A DNA stretch of 63,822 nt, filler included, from Globobulimina sp. (taxonomy: Eukaryota): the NCBI GenBank assembly GCA_003354225.1. It is 39 parts of 39 records of this genome, joined end to end, with 100 filler letters (N's around TTAATTAATTAA, not from the genome) between each part and the next. Parts side by side here need not be neighbours in the genome. Positions count along the whole stretch, not along the records: positions 1 to 1,540 come from PIVH01015092.1; positions 1,641 to 3,180 come from PIVH01015093.1; positions 3,281 to 4,820 come from PIVH01015094.1; positions 4,921 to 6,460 come from PIVH01015095.1; positions 6,561 to 8,100 come from PIVH01015096.1; positions 8,201 to 9,740 come from PIVH01015097.1; positions 9,841 to 11,380 come from PIVH01015098.1; positions 11,481 to 13,020 come from PIVH01015099.1; 31 more parts are not named here. The stretch is one strand, 5' to 3'. Below are positions 1-11,482 of the stretch, piece after piece. How positions within the stretch are numbered: position 1 is the stretch's first letter; every line of letters begins with the position of its first letter. The translations under genes and the position numbers were made by a program. A model generated the notes under the pieces. The model did no database searches and was not told the origin of the DNA. It worked only from the letters and a program-made list of their open reading frames with translations.

Positions 1-8
1 TTCTTAAT

Positions 9-383
9 TCAGTGATTTCGGGTCGTACAGTACCTTAAAATAAATAACAAATACATTAATTGTTTGGATATAATGTACAAAAATGATCCCGGCACAGCAA
101 TATAACCACATAAAGCACGCGATGATTTAGTAAGTGATACAATTCTGGTTCCAGTGCCAAATAAACAAGTGATAAGGAACCCGAACATCGCACATACTGT
201 AATAAGCCACATGGATTTGGTACTGGTTTTTATCTTTCTTTTGGAATTATTAGCAGGTGATATTTGGAAATAAATCCCATGACAAAACTCAATTATAAAC
301 AATACTCCAATAACAGCTGCTGCTGTACTAAACAACGAAATTGCAGCAATTAACCAACTATAAGATGTATTTGGATTTACCAT
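9..383 (-). CDS. Divergent 7TM/GPCR-like protein, N-terminal part (TM1-3)
   Basis: ATG followed by three hydrophobic helices, with Cys at the start of TM3 and an 'LFILR' TM3 end; continues off the contig or into an intron. Confidence 0.55.
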   Translation of the reverse strand: MVNPNTSYSWLIAAISLFSTAAAVIGVLFIIEFCHGIYFQISPANNSKRKIKTSTKSMWLITVCAMFGFLITCLFGTGTRIVSLTKSSRALCGYIAVPGSFLYIISKQLMYLLFILRYCTTRNH

Positions 384-688
384 TATATATTATTTAGTCT
401 AATTTGAGGTCGATGAAAACTTTTTTAAAAACGAATTTTCTGTTAATTCTGCATCAAAATACGGGTAGATTCTCATGTTTATTTAGATTATCATTGAGTG
501 TATGTAATTAGAAACGTTAAAATTAAGATAAACACAATTAAACGCAATTGAGAACATCCAAACATATATTTAAAATTAGATTATATATAAAAATATTAAC
601 GCGAAGAAACTAAATTGCGAATAATTACAACTCACGCAAACAAATAAAATTAAATGTTATATAAACAATTAAACAATAATATAATACT

Positions 689-1540
689 TTATTTTGGATG
701 CATTGGATCTGAGCGAGTTGATTTTAATATAGGTGTTTTTTTTCGTGTTGTACCAATAGTTGGTTCCGATGATTGTCTCCATTCCAAGGTTAGGTTCGAA
801 GAAAGCCGCGATTTCAGTTTCAACGCAGCGGGAACATCTACAGAATCAAATGGTGAATAATGAGAAAATGGCGAACGCTGAGTCCAATGTATTGTGGCCA
901 CACTATTATGACTGGCATCATTCACTGTGCTTGAATTTGTATACAACGCTGAAATTTTGCTATTTTTTGTATTTGATGCTGTTGGTATTGGAAGGATAAT
1001 AATTGGCGAAGGAACCGCCGGAGCGGTCCTTTCATTTGACACAAAACAACCGGGCCCACATTGCAATAAATTAGCCATACAACGAAACCATTTTGGCACT
1101 AAGTTAATATCAATATTTCCAAATTGTAATATCACGCAAATACAATTTAATACCAAATCAAATGCCATTGCTGTACCTGTACGCGTACATATATTGTTGT
1201 AAAGTCTGATAAATGTCTTGCCAAAAACAGGAAAAACTGTCAAAAACAAACCTGTTGCACGCTTTACAAGACAGGACAACATAGTGGTGGCAAGGGTGGA
1301 TATTAAAGCAATTGAAGTGTATATTACAATTTTTATGACCACAGAGGTGACAGTTGGTTGATGATTATTAAAATCATTCGGATCTTGCTTTTCCAAATGA
1401 ATAATATCAAGTAATGGCAATACGAATACTAATAAACAATAAAGACCAATTATAAAATCATTGATTGCATACCAAATGTAAACAAATAATGGGCCATGAG
1501 GGACACAGCTAAATTGCTGATTGTATTTGTGCACATTAAG
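689..1540 (-). CDS. Divergent 7TM/GPCR-like protein, C-terminal part with Ser/Thr-rich tail
   Basis: Extracellular Cys, a TM5-like 'DFIIGLYCLLVFVLPL', further TM helices including 'FDLVLNCICVILQF', then a polar tail. 5' partial. Confidence 0.55.
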   Translation of the reverse strand, partial: LNVHKYNQQFSCVPHGPLFVYIWYAINDFIIGLYCLLVFVLPLLDIIHLEKQDPNDFNNHQPTVTSVVIKIVIYTSIALISTLATTMLSCLVKRATGLFLTVFPVFGKTFIRLYNNICTRTGTAMAFDLVLNCICVILQFGNIDINLVPKWFRCMANLLQCGPGCFVSNERTAPAVPSPIIILPIPTASNTKNSKISALYTNSSTVNDASHNSVATIHWTQRSPFSHYSPFDSVDVPAALKLKSRLSSNLTLEWRQSSEPTIGTTRKKTPILKSTRSDPMHPK

Positions 1541-1640
1541 NNNNNNNNNNNNNNNNNNNNNNNNNNNNNNNNNNNNNNNNNNNNTTAATTAATTAANNNN
1601 NNNNNNNNNNNNNNNNNNNNNNNNNNNNNNNNNNNNNNNN
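1541..1640. other. Artificial contig-joining spacer (first of about 38, one every ~1.64 kb)
   Basis: 44 N + TTAATTAATTAA (stops in all six frames) + 44 N, repeated identically. Contig lengths fall from 1540 to ~1538, as expected from size-sorted concatenation. Confidence 0.98.
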
Positions 1641-2053
1641 AAAGAGAAACACAAGAAATATTACAAAATATTGGTAAAGATAAACAAATGGAACTTGAGC
1701 AAATTAATGAAATGGTTCAAAAAAATCAAGAAAAAAGAGCAAATATTTCAAAATCAAAATATTTTATGTTAAATTCAATCACTTGATAAGCAATATTTTA
1801 ACAAAAAACTTATTCATTTCCCCTTATTATTAAATTTACCATAAAAATAAAAATATTGCATTGTTCCCAATTTTTGCTGTAAAGCTGGGATATACATTAC
1901 CATCACCAGTACTATCATCTGTGTCAATCCTACCATCGTTAGACCAAGAAACTAATTCCTATTTCCTACTAATTACATCACCAATGTCCATCTACATTAT
2001 ATCTTCGTTCATCTGTGGCAGGATTGATACAGATGATGAACATATTCCTAATT

Positions 2054-2111
2054 AACAATCTGGTGCATCCATATCGATTTTTATCGACTTTTTGAAACAC
2101 GTGGGAAAATA
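2054..2111 (+). repeat. Dispersed ~58 bp repeat, copy 1 (copy 2 at 6645-6702)
   Basis: aacaatctggtgcatccatatcgatttttatcgactttttgaaacacgtgggaaaata differs by only a few substitutions from 6645-6702, which is on another contig. Confidence 0.8.
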
Positions 2112-2158
2112 ACGTGAAAAGGTTTCAAGAATATATCCAACCTTAAATTGACGCTATA

Positions 2159-2315
2159 CACTGCAGACACAACTATTGCATGAGCTAATTTATTGTGGTG
2201 AGAGATTAACTCCGAAAGTTGAAGTCCGACCACAATCTGTGAAAACCTTTCATATATCTGTGAAAAAAAAAAGATCACCACAATGAAAATTAGCTCAATA
2301 GTTGTGACTGCATTG
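2159..2315. mobile_element. MITE-like element with ~40 bp imperfect terminal inverted repeats
   Basis: Left end tgcagacacaactattg..agctaatttattgtggtga; right end tcaccacaatgaaaattagctcaatagttgtgactgca. A related copy lies in opposite orientation at 9563-9644. Confidence 0.7.
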
Positions 2316-2484
2316 CGCTGTAGAATGAATTTTTATTGCTCGAGAAAATTGGAAATATTGTCATCGCAAAAATTGTTCAAAATCCAAAATAATATTTCAC
2401 AGATTTCAGCACATTACACACGTTTTTGAAACACATTTACACGAATAAAGATCACATCACATCACACCACGAATGTATTAATAG

Positions 2485-3180
2485 TTACATACATCCTTTA
2501 TTTCCAAATTGATTTAATAATTCTTTTAAATTTACATTTTCTTCAAAGGTTTTATAATGTTTTGATCTTTTAAATCTAGCAACAGACTGATAATTTAGTT
2601 TTAATATTTCGTACATAGCTCGACACGAAATTGTGACAAAATTATCTAAATCAATATCTTTTGCTAAATCCATTTGTTTTTGTTCTTGTTCATCAATTTC
2701 ATTTTCTTCATTATCAATTTCTGCAGAAATATTTGCATTCAGTGATGGAGTCAATAATTTACTAAATAACATCATTGAGGACTTAATTGAATTTACGGTC
2801 GGAGTCATTAATGAATTTACCGTTGGAGTCATTAATGAGTTTACATTTCTTTTATTTTCCTCTCCCTTTGATTTTAAAATTTCATTCATAATATCATTCA
2901 ATTGACTTTCTGTCGAATTACAGACATGTTTTATATCATTCTCATTCTCATTTTCATCTGCTGGAATTACTACAATTTCAGATGCATCCCAATTAATTTC
3001 AGGCTCTGTGGACGAATCCGCAAAATCAATATCAATATCAATATCCATATCAGGTAACTCTGGATCTATACTGCCACCGGTTCCAGTTCCATTTGATCGA
3101 TTCATTGCATTTATTATTTCTTCATTATCATAGCCATCCTCATCGTACCAACAACTATGGCAACTACGGTGGTATAATGA
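2485..3180 (-). CDS. RGS-domain protein C-terminus with acidic low-complexity inserts
   Basis: The frame is open from the contig end. 'NANISAE' resembles RGS 'INIS', and 'YEILKLNYQSVARFKRSKHY' resembles the RGS final helix. Contains a 24 bp tandem repeat (VNSLMTPT). Confidence 0.55.
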   Translation of the reverse strand, partial: SLYHRSCHSCWYDEDGYDNEEIINAMNRSNGTGTGGSIDPELPDMDIDIDIDFADSSTEPEINWDASEIVVIPADENENENDIKHVCNSTESQLNDIMNEILKSKGEENKRNVNSLMTPTVNSLMTPTVNSIKSSMMLFSKLLTPSLNANISAEIDNEENEIDEQEQKQMDLAKDIDLDNFVTISCRAMYEILKLNYQSVARFKRSKHYKTFEENVNLKELLNQFGNKGCM

Positions 3181-3549
3181 NNNNNNNNNNNNNNNNNNNN
3201 NNNNNNNNNNNNNNNNNNNNNNNNTTAATTAATTAANNNNNNNNNNNNNNNNNNNNNNNNNNNNNNNNNNNNNNNNNNNNTGTAGTCATACCTAGTAGTC
3301 AACTAACTAAGTAGTCAAATGTATAGAAACAAATTCCTATTTAACATGTCACTAAGTCACAACTTTTTGCTCGTGGGAAAAAATGTGAGAAACAAAATTG
3401 TGTGACTATGATGAAAAAACTTCGTGCCTAGCTAACAGACTAGGGTTTTTGAGAAAATCCTAGCTAACAGACTTCAGCACTTCTGCGTAACCAATAAAAT
3501 ATTTGATAATTATCAATGTGGCTTCCAGATAAATAGATGCTGCGATGAC

Positions 3550-4680
3550 GTGCTTACTACCTTTATCTCCGATATCCAAACATCTTTTGATATGGTCAGT
3601 GACGTAGACGCAGTGTTTACAGACTTTTCCAAAGCATATGACAGTGTCTGGCACAATGGACTGCTCTATAAACTGATACAAAACAAAATTTCAGGCAATA
3701 TATTAAAAGTCCTAGCATCATTCATACAAACTAGATATACAAAAGTAATTACCAAGAAAGTTGAGTCAAACTGGATAGCTCAACCGATTGGAGTCCCTCA
3801 AGGATCCGCCCTTTCGCCTATCCTATACATACTCTTTACGAATGACTATAAACTGCAACATCCAAATCTGGTCCATTTCGCCTGTTTTGCAGATGACACG
3901 GCTTTTTGGACAAGCCCAGGCTCAAAGGACCCATTCCGATATAAATATTTACAAATTGAACTAAATAATTTCAGTACATGGTGCGATAGATGGCAACTAC
4001 TAATAAATCCTTCCAAATGCTCCTCAATAAACTTCTCCCACAGTAAACCTATAAAATTCTATCCTAAATCCAAAAATATCATAAATCCGATAACAAATAA
4101 ATCCGAAACCATCAGTAAATACTCAATCCATTCCATCCCAATCAAATACGACAAAGTGGTCCGGTACCTGGGTCTATGGTTTGATGAGAAATTAAATTTC
4201 CAGGCCCATATCGCAAAGGTACGAGCAAAAACGATCTGCAGTTTCTGGCGACTGTTTTTTGCAATGAAAGCAGGCCTAAAACTAACTCCATTATCAATCT
4301 CAATGTTGTACAAATCCTTGGCGAGATCTCGAATGGAATATGGAATATCCCACTACCACCCATACGATACCAAGAATGTACTAAAAATCCTCCAGAACAA
4401 ATTCCTACGACTTGCGATTCCAAGCCGTCTGGATACACCTATGGATATCATGCAATTCATACTAAAAATTGAACCAATAAACCAGAGAGCCCATTACCTC
4501 ACAATTCGCCAACTAGCCAGAGCGTATTACAATAATTCGTACCATCCATTGCGCAAAACCTTAAACTCATTGACAAATTACATGAACATAATAAACAAAC
4601 ATGAATATCGACGTAAAAGCAGGGACAGCAGCTATAAATATATCAATTTGAAGCGCAACTCGCTAATAAAATGTCATTGA
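3550..4680 (+). mobile_element. Non-LTR (LINE) retrotransposon reverse transcriptase, partial
   Basis: Motifs DFSKAYDSV, GVPQGSALSPILYILFTND, FADD, YLGLWFD and SRMEYG. Truncated or chimeric at both ends. Confidence 0.93.
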
Positions 4681-5110
4681 ATTAACTTTTTCACACAGAC
4701 AAATCAAATGTCATTGAATTAACATCTATGATTATCAAAACTAATCAATTTATTTCAAATAATAACATCAATGTAAATGATTTAAAATTAATTAATGCGG
4801 ACATGAAAGATATGTACAATNNNNNNNNNNNNNNNNNNNNNNNNNNNNNNNNNNNNNNNNNNNNTTAATTAATTAANNNNNNNNNNNNNNNNNNNNNNNN
4901 NNNNNNNNNNNNNNNNNNNNAATTCTGGTGATGGAGAAATCGGTTATAAATCTGTTCCATCCTTTAACAAAGCAAATGTTGATGACTAATTGACTGTGTT
5001 TTGTTTCACTAATTGACTGTGTTTCAATATATTATACTTAATTATTAATTAACCTATTATATTTATTAAAGATCCTTGATTTGTGCACGAGACTAAAATA
5101 TTGCTAAGTA

Positions 5111-6193
5111 ATGCGGTCTTTATACTCTCGTAAAGTGCAGGTTGCGGTACTTGTATTTGTAATGATAATTTTTATGTTAACCATCCTTACAAATATGTTT
5201 GTTGTTGATGATGTACAAAATGTCATTACTAATCATTCATATCAATCAAACTCATATCGGATGGCATGGCAGCAATACATCACAAAACCATCCAATACCT
5301 CCAATATCAATGTATTGAACGGTCCAACTGGTAGAGCAGGAAGTGAATGGTCGATGTGCACTCATTTTAAGAGGAAACGACATGAATTATTTGATCTGGG
5401 TTTAGCAAATTTTATTTCATACAAATTTAAGCCAAGAAATGGCTTGGATTTTGGTGCCGGGCTTGGACTTTACATTGATTTTATGGCGCAATTTTATCAT
5501 AGAAATGGGAATAATGATGGAGTGTTTATTGGCATTGAACCTGAAAATATGTTGGAAGCAGGTATCTATGGAAGATATTCACATCAAATAAGCTTAAATA
5601 TAGCTGATAATCATACGGTTGTTTCGCAAATAATAGAGGCGTTGCCGCGAGTTGATGTGGTGACTAGTTTTGAAGTATTGGAGCATATTCCATTCAAATA
5701 TCACGATATAGTCATTCCATTATTGGTTTCAAAATGTTTGGAATACTTAGTATTCAGTGCTGCGAAGCCAGGACAAGGCGGAAATGGACATTTAAGCGAA
5801 TCCATGTTTACAAAAACTGAGTGGATTCAAAAATTCACAAAAAAGGGATTGATTCATTTACCAAATTTATCTCGTATTATTACAACAAAATTTTGCAGAA
5901 AATCATGGTTTAAAGCAAATATTTTTATTATGGCAAATAAGCAATTCATAAATGATAATGATGGCATTGATAATGTTGACCAATGTAATCAACAATGTAT
6001 TGAAGAGATTGTCAATTCACAATTACAGCTCATAAATGATTCAAAGCAAAAAATAATACGGGAAAATGGTCAAACATATCCTACATATTCTACCAAATCA
6101 GACATAACCATACAAAATTTGATTTTTGTTACACAAAATATATGGCCAATATATTGGTCACGTTTTACCAGCAGCACATTATGTAAACACTAA
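5111..6193 (+). CDS. Type II membrane class I SAM-dependent methyltransferase
   Basis: N-terminal signal anchor, motif I LDFGAGLG, then GIEP, FEVLEHIP and FSAAKPGQGGNGH. Intronless and complete. Confidence 0.8.
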   Translation: MRSLYSRKVQVAVLVFVMIIFMLTILTNMFVVDDVQNVITNHSYQSNSYRMAWQQYITKPSNTSNINVLNGPTGRAGSEWSMCTHFKRKRHELFDLGLANFISYKFKPRNGLDFGAGLGLYIDFMAQFYHRNGNNDGVFIGIEPENMLEAGIYGRYSHQISLNIADNHTVVSQIIEALPRVDVVTSFEVLEHIPFKYHDIVIPLLVSKCLEYLVFSAAKPGQGGNGHLSESMFTKTEWIQKFTKKGLIHLPNLSRIITTKFCRKSWFKANIFIMANKQFINDNDGIDNVDQCNQQCIEEIVNSQLQLINDSKQKIIRENGQTYPTYSTKSDITIQNLIFVTQNIWPIYWSRFTSSTLCKH

Positions 6194-6644
6194 TTACATT
6201 ATAAGTTTTATGATTATGTTGGGTCATTACAAGGCATTTAATCTGATACATAGCAATATTTTCATGATCAGCGTTCTGTCCATCGTTTACATACAGATCA
6301 GTCTGTGTATTGCCACGATTCCTCATTCCTATAATTGCGTCTAAAATGAATGCATTCGAATTCCTCGTCACATTTCCCTCCTAATTCATTATAAATCATT
6401 TCAAACGCATCGTCATTATCATGCTGCTGCAATAAGTGACAGAAAGTATCATAAAAAGCANNNNNNNNNNNNNNNNNNNNNNNNNNNNNNNNNNNNNNNN
6501 NNNNTTAATTAATTAANNNNNNNNNNNNNNNNNNNNNNNNNNNNNNNNNNNNNNNNNNNNCTGTTTTTTTATGTAAACACAGTGGAATTGTATATTGCTT
6601 TTTTGATAGTCAAAACCAGGTGTACCCAAAAATGTGTTAACACG

Positions 6645-6702
6645 AACAATCTAGTGCATCCATATCGATTTGTATAGACTTTTTGAAACGCGTGGGAAAA
6701 TA
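6645..6702 (+). repeat. Dispersed ~58 bp repeat, copy 2
   Basis: Near-identical to 2054-2111. Confidence 0.8.
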
Positions 6703-6919
6703 GAAAACTTTTGAAGTCAGAAGTCCTGAGTTCTAGGATTTCCAGGCAAATGGTAACTGTGACTGTGTTTACCTACAAAGACTGTTTGTGAAGAAAAACA
6801 ATGGATTGTAGTCATTGTACGTCCTCTACATGTTATAACTGAGAGAAATACTCACAATAATTTGGTCATTTTGATGTTAAACATTTTTGTTTTTAATGTG
6901 CAAGGATAAAACACGCCAA

Positions 6920-7370
6920 TTAATAGCCATATGATGCATTTTTAAGTTGTAATTTGTGTTCGGTGCCCCATCTCCACATATCATTGTCTTCGTGATACCA
7001 AAACCACCATCTTGTCGCAAACACACAAGGCGGAATTCCTAACATCATCAAAATTGCAAAATGTCTGCCATAGTCATGTCGAGGAAAATATCTTCTATAT
7101 TCCCACAAAAACCTTCTTATTTTACCACCTTCCGTCAAGGCATCGGCCCATTCCTCTGGCAATATACCTATTGTATATTTACATTTTCTTTTTATTTTTC
7201 AATTATTCTAAACATTTCATACATAATCAGATACCATATTTTGTATGAAAGAATTTATTTAATGCACGATAAGTTCGAGGATCATAATATCGTAAATATC
7301 GCAAAGTAAACCTTGCTTCTTCCCTCGATGGACGCGATTGAACCAACGTCCAAACATGTTTAAGACCCAT
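6920..7370 (-). CDS. Small two-exon single-TM protein of unknown function (~127 aa)
   Basis: Exon 7370-7235 (MGLKHVWTLVQ...FHTKY) splices in phase across a GT-AG intron at 7234-7168 into GILPEEWADALT...YGY*. Basic and aromatic with one TM helix; possibly mitochondrial. Confidence 0.6.
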
Positions 7371-8200
7371 TCAGTCGTGCTTTTGAGACTGGACTTAGTA
7401 AAGTTTATATGCTTCGCTTTAAATTTATATAATGGTTTGTTATTGAAATATTATGACATTTCATGGAACAAATTTAATTCACAACCCCCGAAAACGAACA
7501 ACCAACAACAACTACACCGACAGCATTATTATGAGTTTAAATGCAACGCCTATAGCGATTCATGCATCGACAACACATATACATCCAAGCTATAGATCAT
7601 CGTCTGTCGATTCAATAATTTCAATCACACCAAAAAAAGACTACATATTTCAATCTCAAACGTCATCCATAAATTTAAAACCTGTTCACATCGCATTCTC
7701 TGAAACAAAAAAAAGGAAAGAAACACAACAAAAGTACGACGTTATTGATATTGCACATCTTCAAACAACCGCCACCAATCTAAATATAAAGGACATTGAA
7801 AACGTTCCCGACGATCTTTTCGCCGCAGTTCCGCTGGTGGCGGTGGTGGATGTCAACACGCCGGATGGGCTGGAAAACGAGGAAGGTGGCGAAGCAGGAA
7901 ACGAAGAAGGCAGGGAAGAGGGACGAGACGTCGACGCCACCGACAGAGGCGGGGAGGATGGTCCAGGGCAGAGCGACGAAGAGCTGACGCATCCTGTTGC
8001 CGATGACGGCGACGATGACATGGAGGCGCAAGACGACGAATCCCGTGCCGGCGGGGAATCCGTTACCAGCGGCGCGGGTTGATTATTGTTGATGCCGATA
8101 NNNNNNNNNNNNNNNNNNNNNNNNNNNNNNNNNNNNNNNNNNNNTTAATTAATTAANNNNNNNNNNNNNNNNNNNNNNNNNNNNNNNNNNNNNNNNNNNN

Positions 8201-8767
8201 CGTACACCATCACCCATATCACCACAAGCGACGCACGCACCACCTCCACCACCTCCTATCCAGCGTATCTTCTACGACAAATGCGACAAATTCGATGCCC
8301 GCGCTACAGACAAACGGATAAAATTAGCATTCTCGTCGCCAGACAGCATGACTTATGCCGATACCATAGTTCGTGCAGACAGTGAGAATGGGGAATTATA
8401 TGAGACGCACGGCACTCATATCCATGGCAGTTCGTATGAATGGAAGTTTATATTACATGACTGTTCCGCGATGATTGTTGGTTTAATTGATGCGGACATT
8501 GTTGGCAAACAGAAAATGAATGTCTTTGTCGATACGCAATCACAATATTTTGGCACCTTATTCAGTAATGGTAAGACCAAAGGAAAAGAAGGCTGTGTTA
8601 TTCAAATGAGTTACGACCAAAGCAAGGGACAAATATTGATCAAAAACATTACCAACGACTGTAATGATTACGGCAAGGAAATTGTGGCGGTTTCCAGTAT
8701 CAACACCCGTAAAAGGTATAAATTAACGGTTTTGTTAAGCAAACCATCAACGATCACCATGTTCTAA
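8201..8767 (+). CDS. Pro-rich linker plus divergent SPRY/B30.2-like beta domain, 5' partial
   Basis: Open from the contig start. Beta-strand pattern YEWKFIL, MIVGLI, GCVIQMSYD, YKLTVLL. Confidence 0.55.
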   Translation, partial: RTPSPISPQATHAPPPPPPIQRIFYDKCDKFDARATDKRIKLAFSSPDSMTYADTIVRADSENGELYETHGTHIHGSSYEWKFILHDCSAMIVGLIDADIVGKQKMNVFVDTQSQYFGTLFSNGKTKGKEGCVIQMSYDQSKGQILIKNITNDCNDYGKEIVAVSSINTRKRYKLTVLLSKPSTITMF

Positions 8768-9562
8768 TAAATTAAAATCAAATTCAATATTTTAGTTTTG
8801 CGCAAATTGAACGCGAACTAATGAACTCGTGAATATATTTAACGCGCAAATCGATAGAAAGTATTATTTATTTTGTTTGTAATTTAATTTGTAACGCAGC
8901 ATTAAAAAAACTTTTTGTGATATTATTTATTTTTAAATTTGTATTGTTTTATTTATTTATTTATTTATTCGTTTGAGACGATTTTCTTTTTTTGTAGTTA
9001 TTGAATGAATGCACAAAAATTTATTAAAGAGGATTTGATTTGAAATTAAGGCCATATTAAGATATTTCATATGCGTATGTGTCATTGGGTGGATGATGAT
9101 GATTTATTTTATTTTTGTTTTGTTTTGATATTTTCCATGTAATTAATTATCGCATGCAATTAAAGGATTATATTTTGGTGAATTAAAGGATTTTGTCGCA
9201 TGCAATAAAAAATGAGCATAAATGCAATTAAAAATTAATTATTTATTTATTTTTGTTTTTTTTTATTAATGGAAGACGTATAACATATGAATACCTGACA
9301 TGACATTTCCACCAATATTTTTTTGTAGTTTCTCGAGTGTGTTGTCCATTTCTTTTGTAATTTTGCATTGTAAACGATTCTTTTTCGTTTTGTGAGCTTA
9401 TTTTATGAAATTTTTTTTATGTTAATTTGTGACATTATTACAATGCAATAAAGATAGTAAAAATATATCTCCCATGAATGAAATTGAGTGTTGTCCCCCT
9501 TCCTATCCCACATACATTGGGACGATGGAAATATAATTTTCTCCAATGCACTGCGGGTTGTT

Positions 9563-9644
9563 CCTAATTTATTGTGGTGATCGGACTAACTTTTGGAGTC
9601 GATTGCTCACCACAATAAATTAGGTTAATAGTTGCGACTGCAGT
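9563..9644. mobile_element. Short copy of the MITE family seen at 2159-2315
   Basis: Perfect 18 bp inverted repeat cctaatttattgtggtga (9563-9580) / tcaccacaataaattagg (9607-9624). The spacer and outer end align with the reverse complement of the 2160 copy. Confidence 0.7.
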
Positions 9645-9918
9645 AAAGTAACCATGTCGACAACAGCTGCATACATTCGATTGCCTTTACGGTTCACTCA
9701 TTTGAATCACACATTTGATATAAAAGATAAAAATGACAGANNNNNNNNNNNNNNNNNNNNNNNNNNNNNNNNNNNNNNNNNNNNTTAATTAATTAANNNN
9801 NNNNNNNNNNNNNNNNNNNNNNNNNNNNNNNNNNNNNNNNTTGTTGGTCCAGTACAATGCCAACCGGCCACATGCAAGGATATAATAAACAACTTGTGAC
9901 AAAAAAAAAGTAATATTG

Positions 9919-10016
9919 AACTTTTTGGCTTAGGTTCGTTTCGTGTCATTTCAACGATTAGCAAAGTTTTTGGGTTAGCTATAGTGGTTTTGAACTAGAA
10001 TTCGAAGTTGACCTAG
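9919..10016 (+). repeat. Single arm of the hairpin repeat family at 21026-21220
   Basis: aactttttggcttagg...ttcgaagttgacctag aligns with the left arm at 21026-21123. Bracketed by an identical 17 bp direct repeat, tgcaaggatataataaa (9873-9889 and 10212-10228). Confidence 0.8.
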
Positions 10017-10318
10017 TTGCAAACTCACGTCTACTAATATACTTGCTTGTGTATGAGGTGAAATCTTTAATTGATTTCTTAGTATTTTGAAGAAAAAAAA
10101 AAAAACTAATATACAAACGAGACTGTATACACAAATTCAGCCTTTAATTGTATACTGGAGATAGCGGACAGCTATATACCGTAAAAAAGCAGTGTTAAAT
10201 GTTTTGCACAGTGCAAGGATATAATAAAAAAAGTGAAGTTTCCAACACAGTAAATTTTTCAACTTGACATAAATACACGAACACAACACCAAACTCAAAT
10301 TGTCTCAAAATAAACAGA

Positions 10319-11377
10319 TCACGGAATATGGCCGGTATATAATTTGAAAAGATAGCCTGGTTCAGAATAATTCTTATGCATCAACGTACAGAGTGTATGG
10401 GATTTGTTGAGTAGAATCAATTCGTTTGACCATCGGACCCATTTTTTCATCCTTTCGTAATCGCCATCATCCATATACTCCCACTTTCGATTCTTAACAT
10501 ATGCTTCTACGCAAATTAGGAAATGGTAAAAAGTTTGGATGCCAACCCATATTTGCTTGTCTTTCATATAAATTGTATAATTCTTAAAATACATTTCAAA
10601 AACATTCATCAAAGCGGGAAAAAAATAAGAACTCACTGGAACAGTTCTGAGATCGATATCAAAATAATTCTCCTTCGTCCTCACATATTTTGCAAATAAA
10701 AGTTGTAACATAAACCCAACGCATAAAGTGCCACCGTTGAATGATAAAAGCATTATTAACACAAACGATGTGTATAAATTCACACGGTCTCTTTTACCAA
10801 ATTGTACTAAATAAATAAAATGAAATAAATACTTGAAACTTTTAATTTTTCTCGTTTTAATATCTAAATCAAAGTATAATGGATATGTTGGTACTGGCAA
10901 TGTGAACGGATTCCGCTTGTTGTTATTTGCAACCCTTTCAAGTATGGACTGTGTTTCTGATGCTATGTACAACGAATCATATGTCATTGCTGTGTATGCC
11001 GCACTTAATTCATATTCGTGGATGAGGTCATATTCAGTGACTGGATAAAGAAAATCCAGATTTATGTTCTTGACTCCATGAATATAACATAATGTATGTT
11101 TGCAAGAGTTAAAAATCAACGACCGTATTAAATTGGTCTTATTTATCATATCTTCCGTATTCTTAATAGTCCATTCTTTACAAACCAGTGTGACGTTACA
11201 TAGATAACCAATGATATCTAAAAATGCAAAGATTTCTTCCATTATAACTGATGGAATGTTGTGGATTGATATTTGATGTTGTTTTCCTACTAATTTGTCT
11301 GTGGGCGACTCATATTCTACAACAGACTTGCTACCACCCACAAAACCGAGGGTATGTTTACGCACTAAAGTTGCCAT
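10319..11377 (-). CDS. F-box-like protein
   Basis: 'IHNIPSVIMEEIFAFLD...NVTLVCKEW' fits an F-box; the remainder is not recognised. Confidence 0.55.
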   Translation of the reverse strand: MATLVRKHTLGFVGGSKSVVEYESPTDKLVGKQHQISIHNIPSVIMEEIFAFLDIIGYLCNVTLVCKEWTIKNTEDMINKTNLIRSLIFNSCKHTLCYIHGVKNINLDFLYPVTEYDLIHEYELSAAYTAMTYDSLYIASETQSILERVANNNKRNPFTLPVPTYPLYFDLDIKTRKIKSFKYLFHFIYLVQFGKRDRVNLYTSFVLIMLLSFNGGTLCVGFMLQLLFAKYVRTKENYFDIDLRTVPVSSYFFPALMNVFEMYFKNYTIYMKDKQIWVGIQTFYHFLICVEAYVKNRKWEYMDDGDYERMKKWVRWSNELILLNKSHTLCTLMHKNYSEPGYLFKLYTGHIP

Positions 11378-11482
11378 TGTNNNNNNNNNNNNNNNNNNNN
11401 NNNNNNNNNNNNNNNNNNNNNNNNTTAATTAATTAANNNNNNNNNNNNNNNNNNNNNNNNNNNNNNNNNNNNNNNNNNNNTA

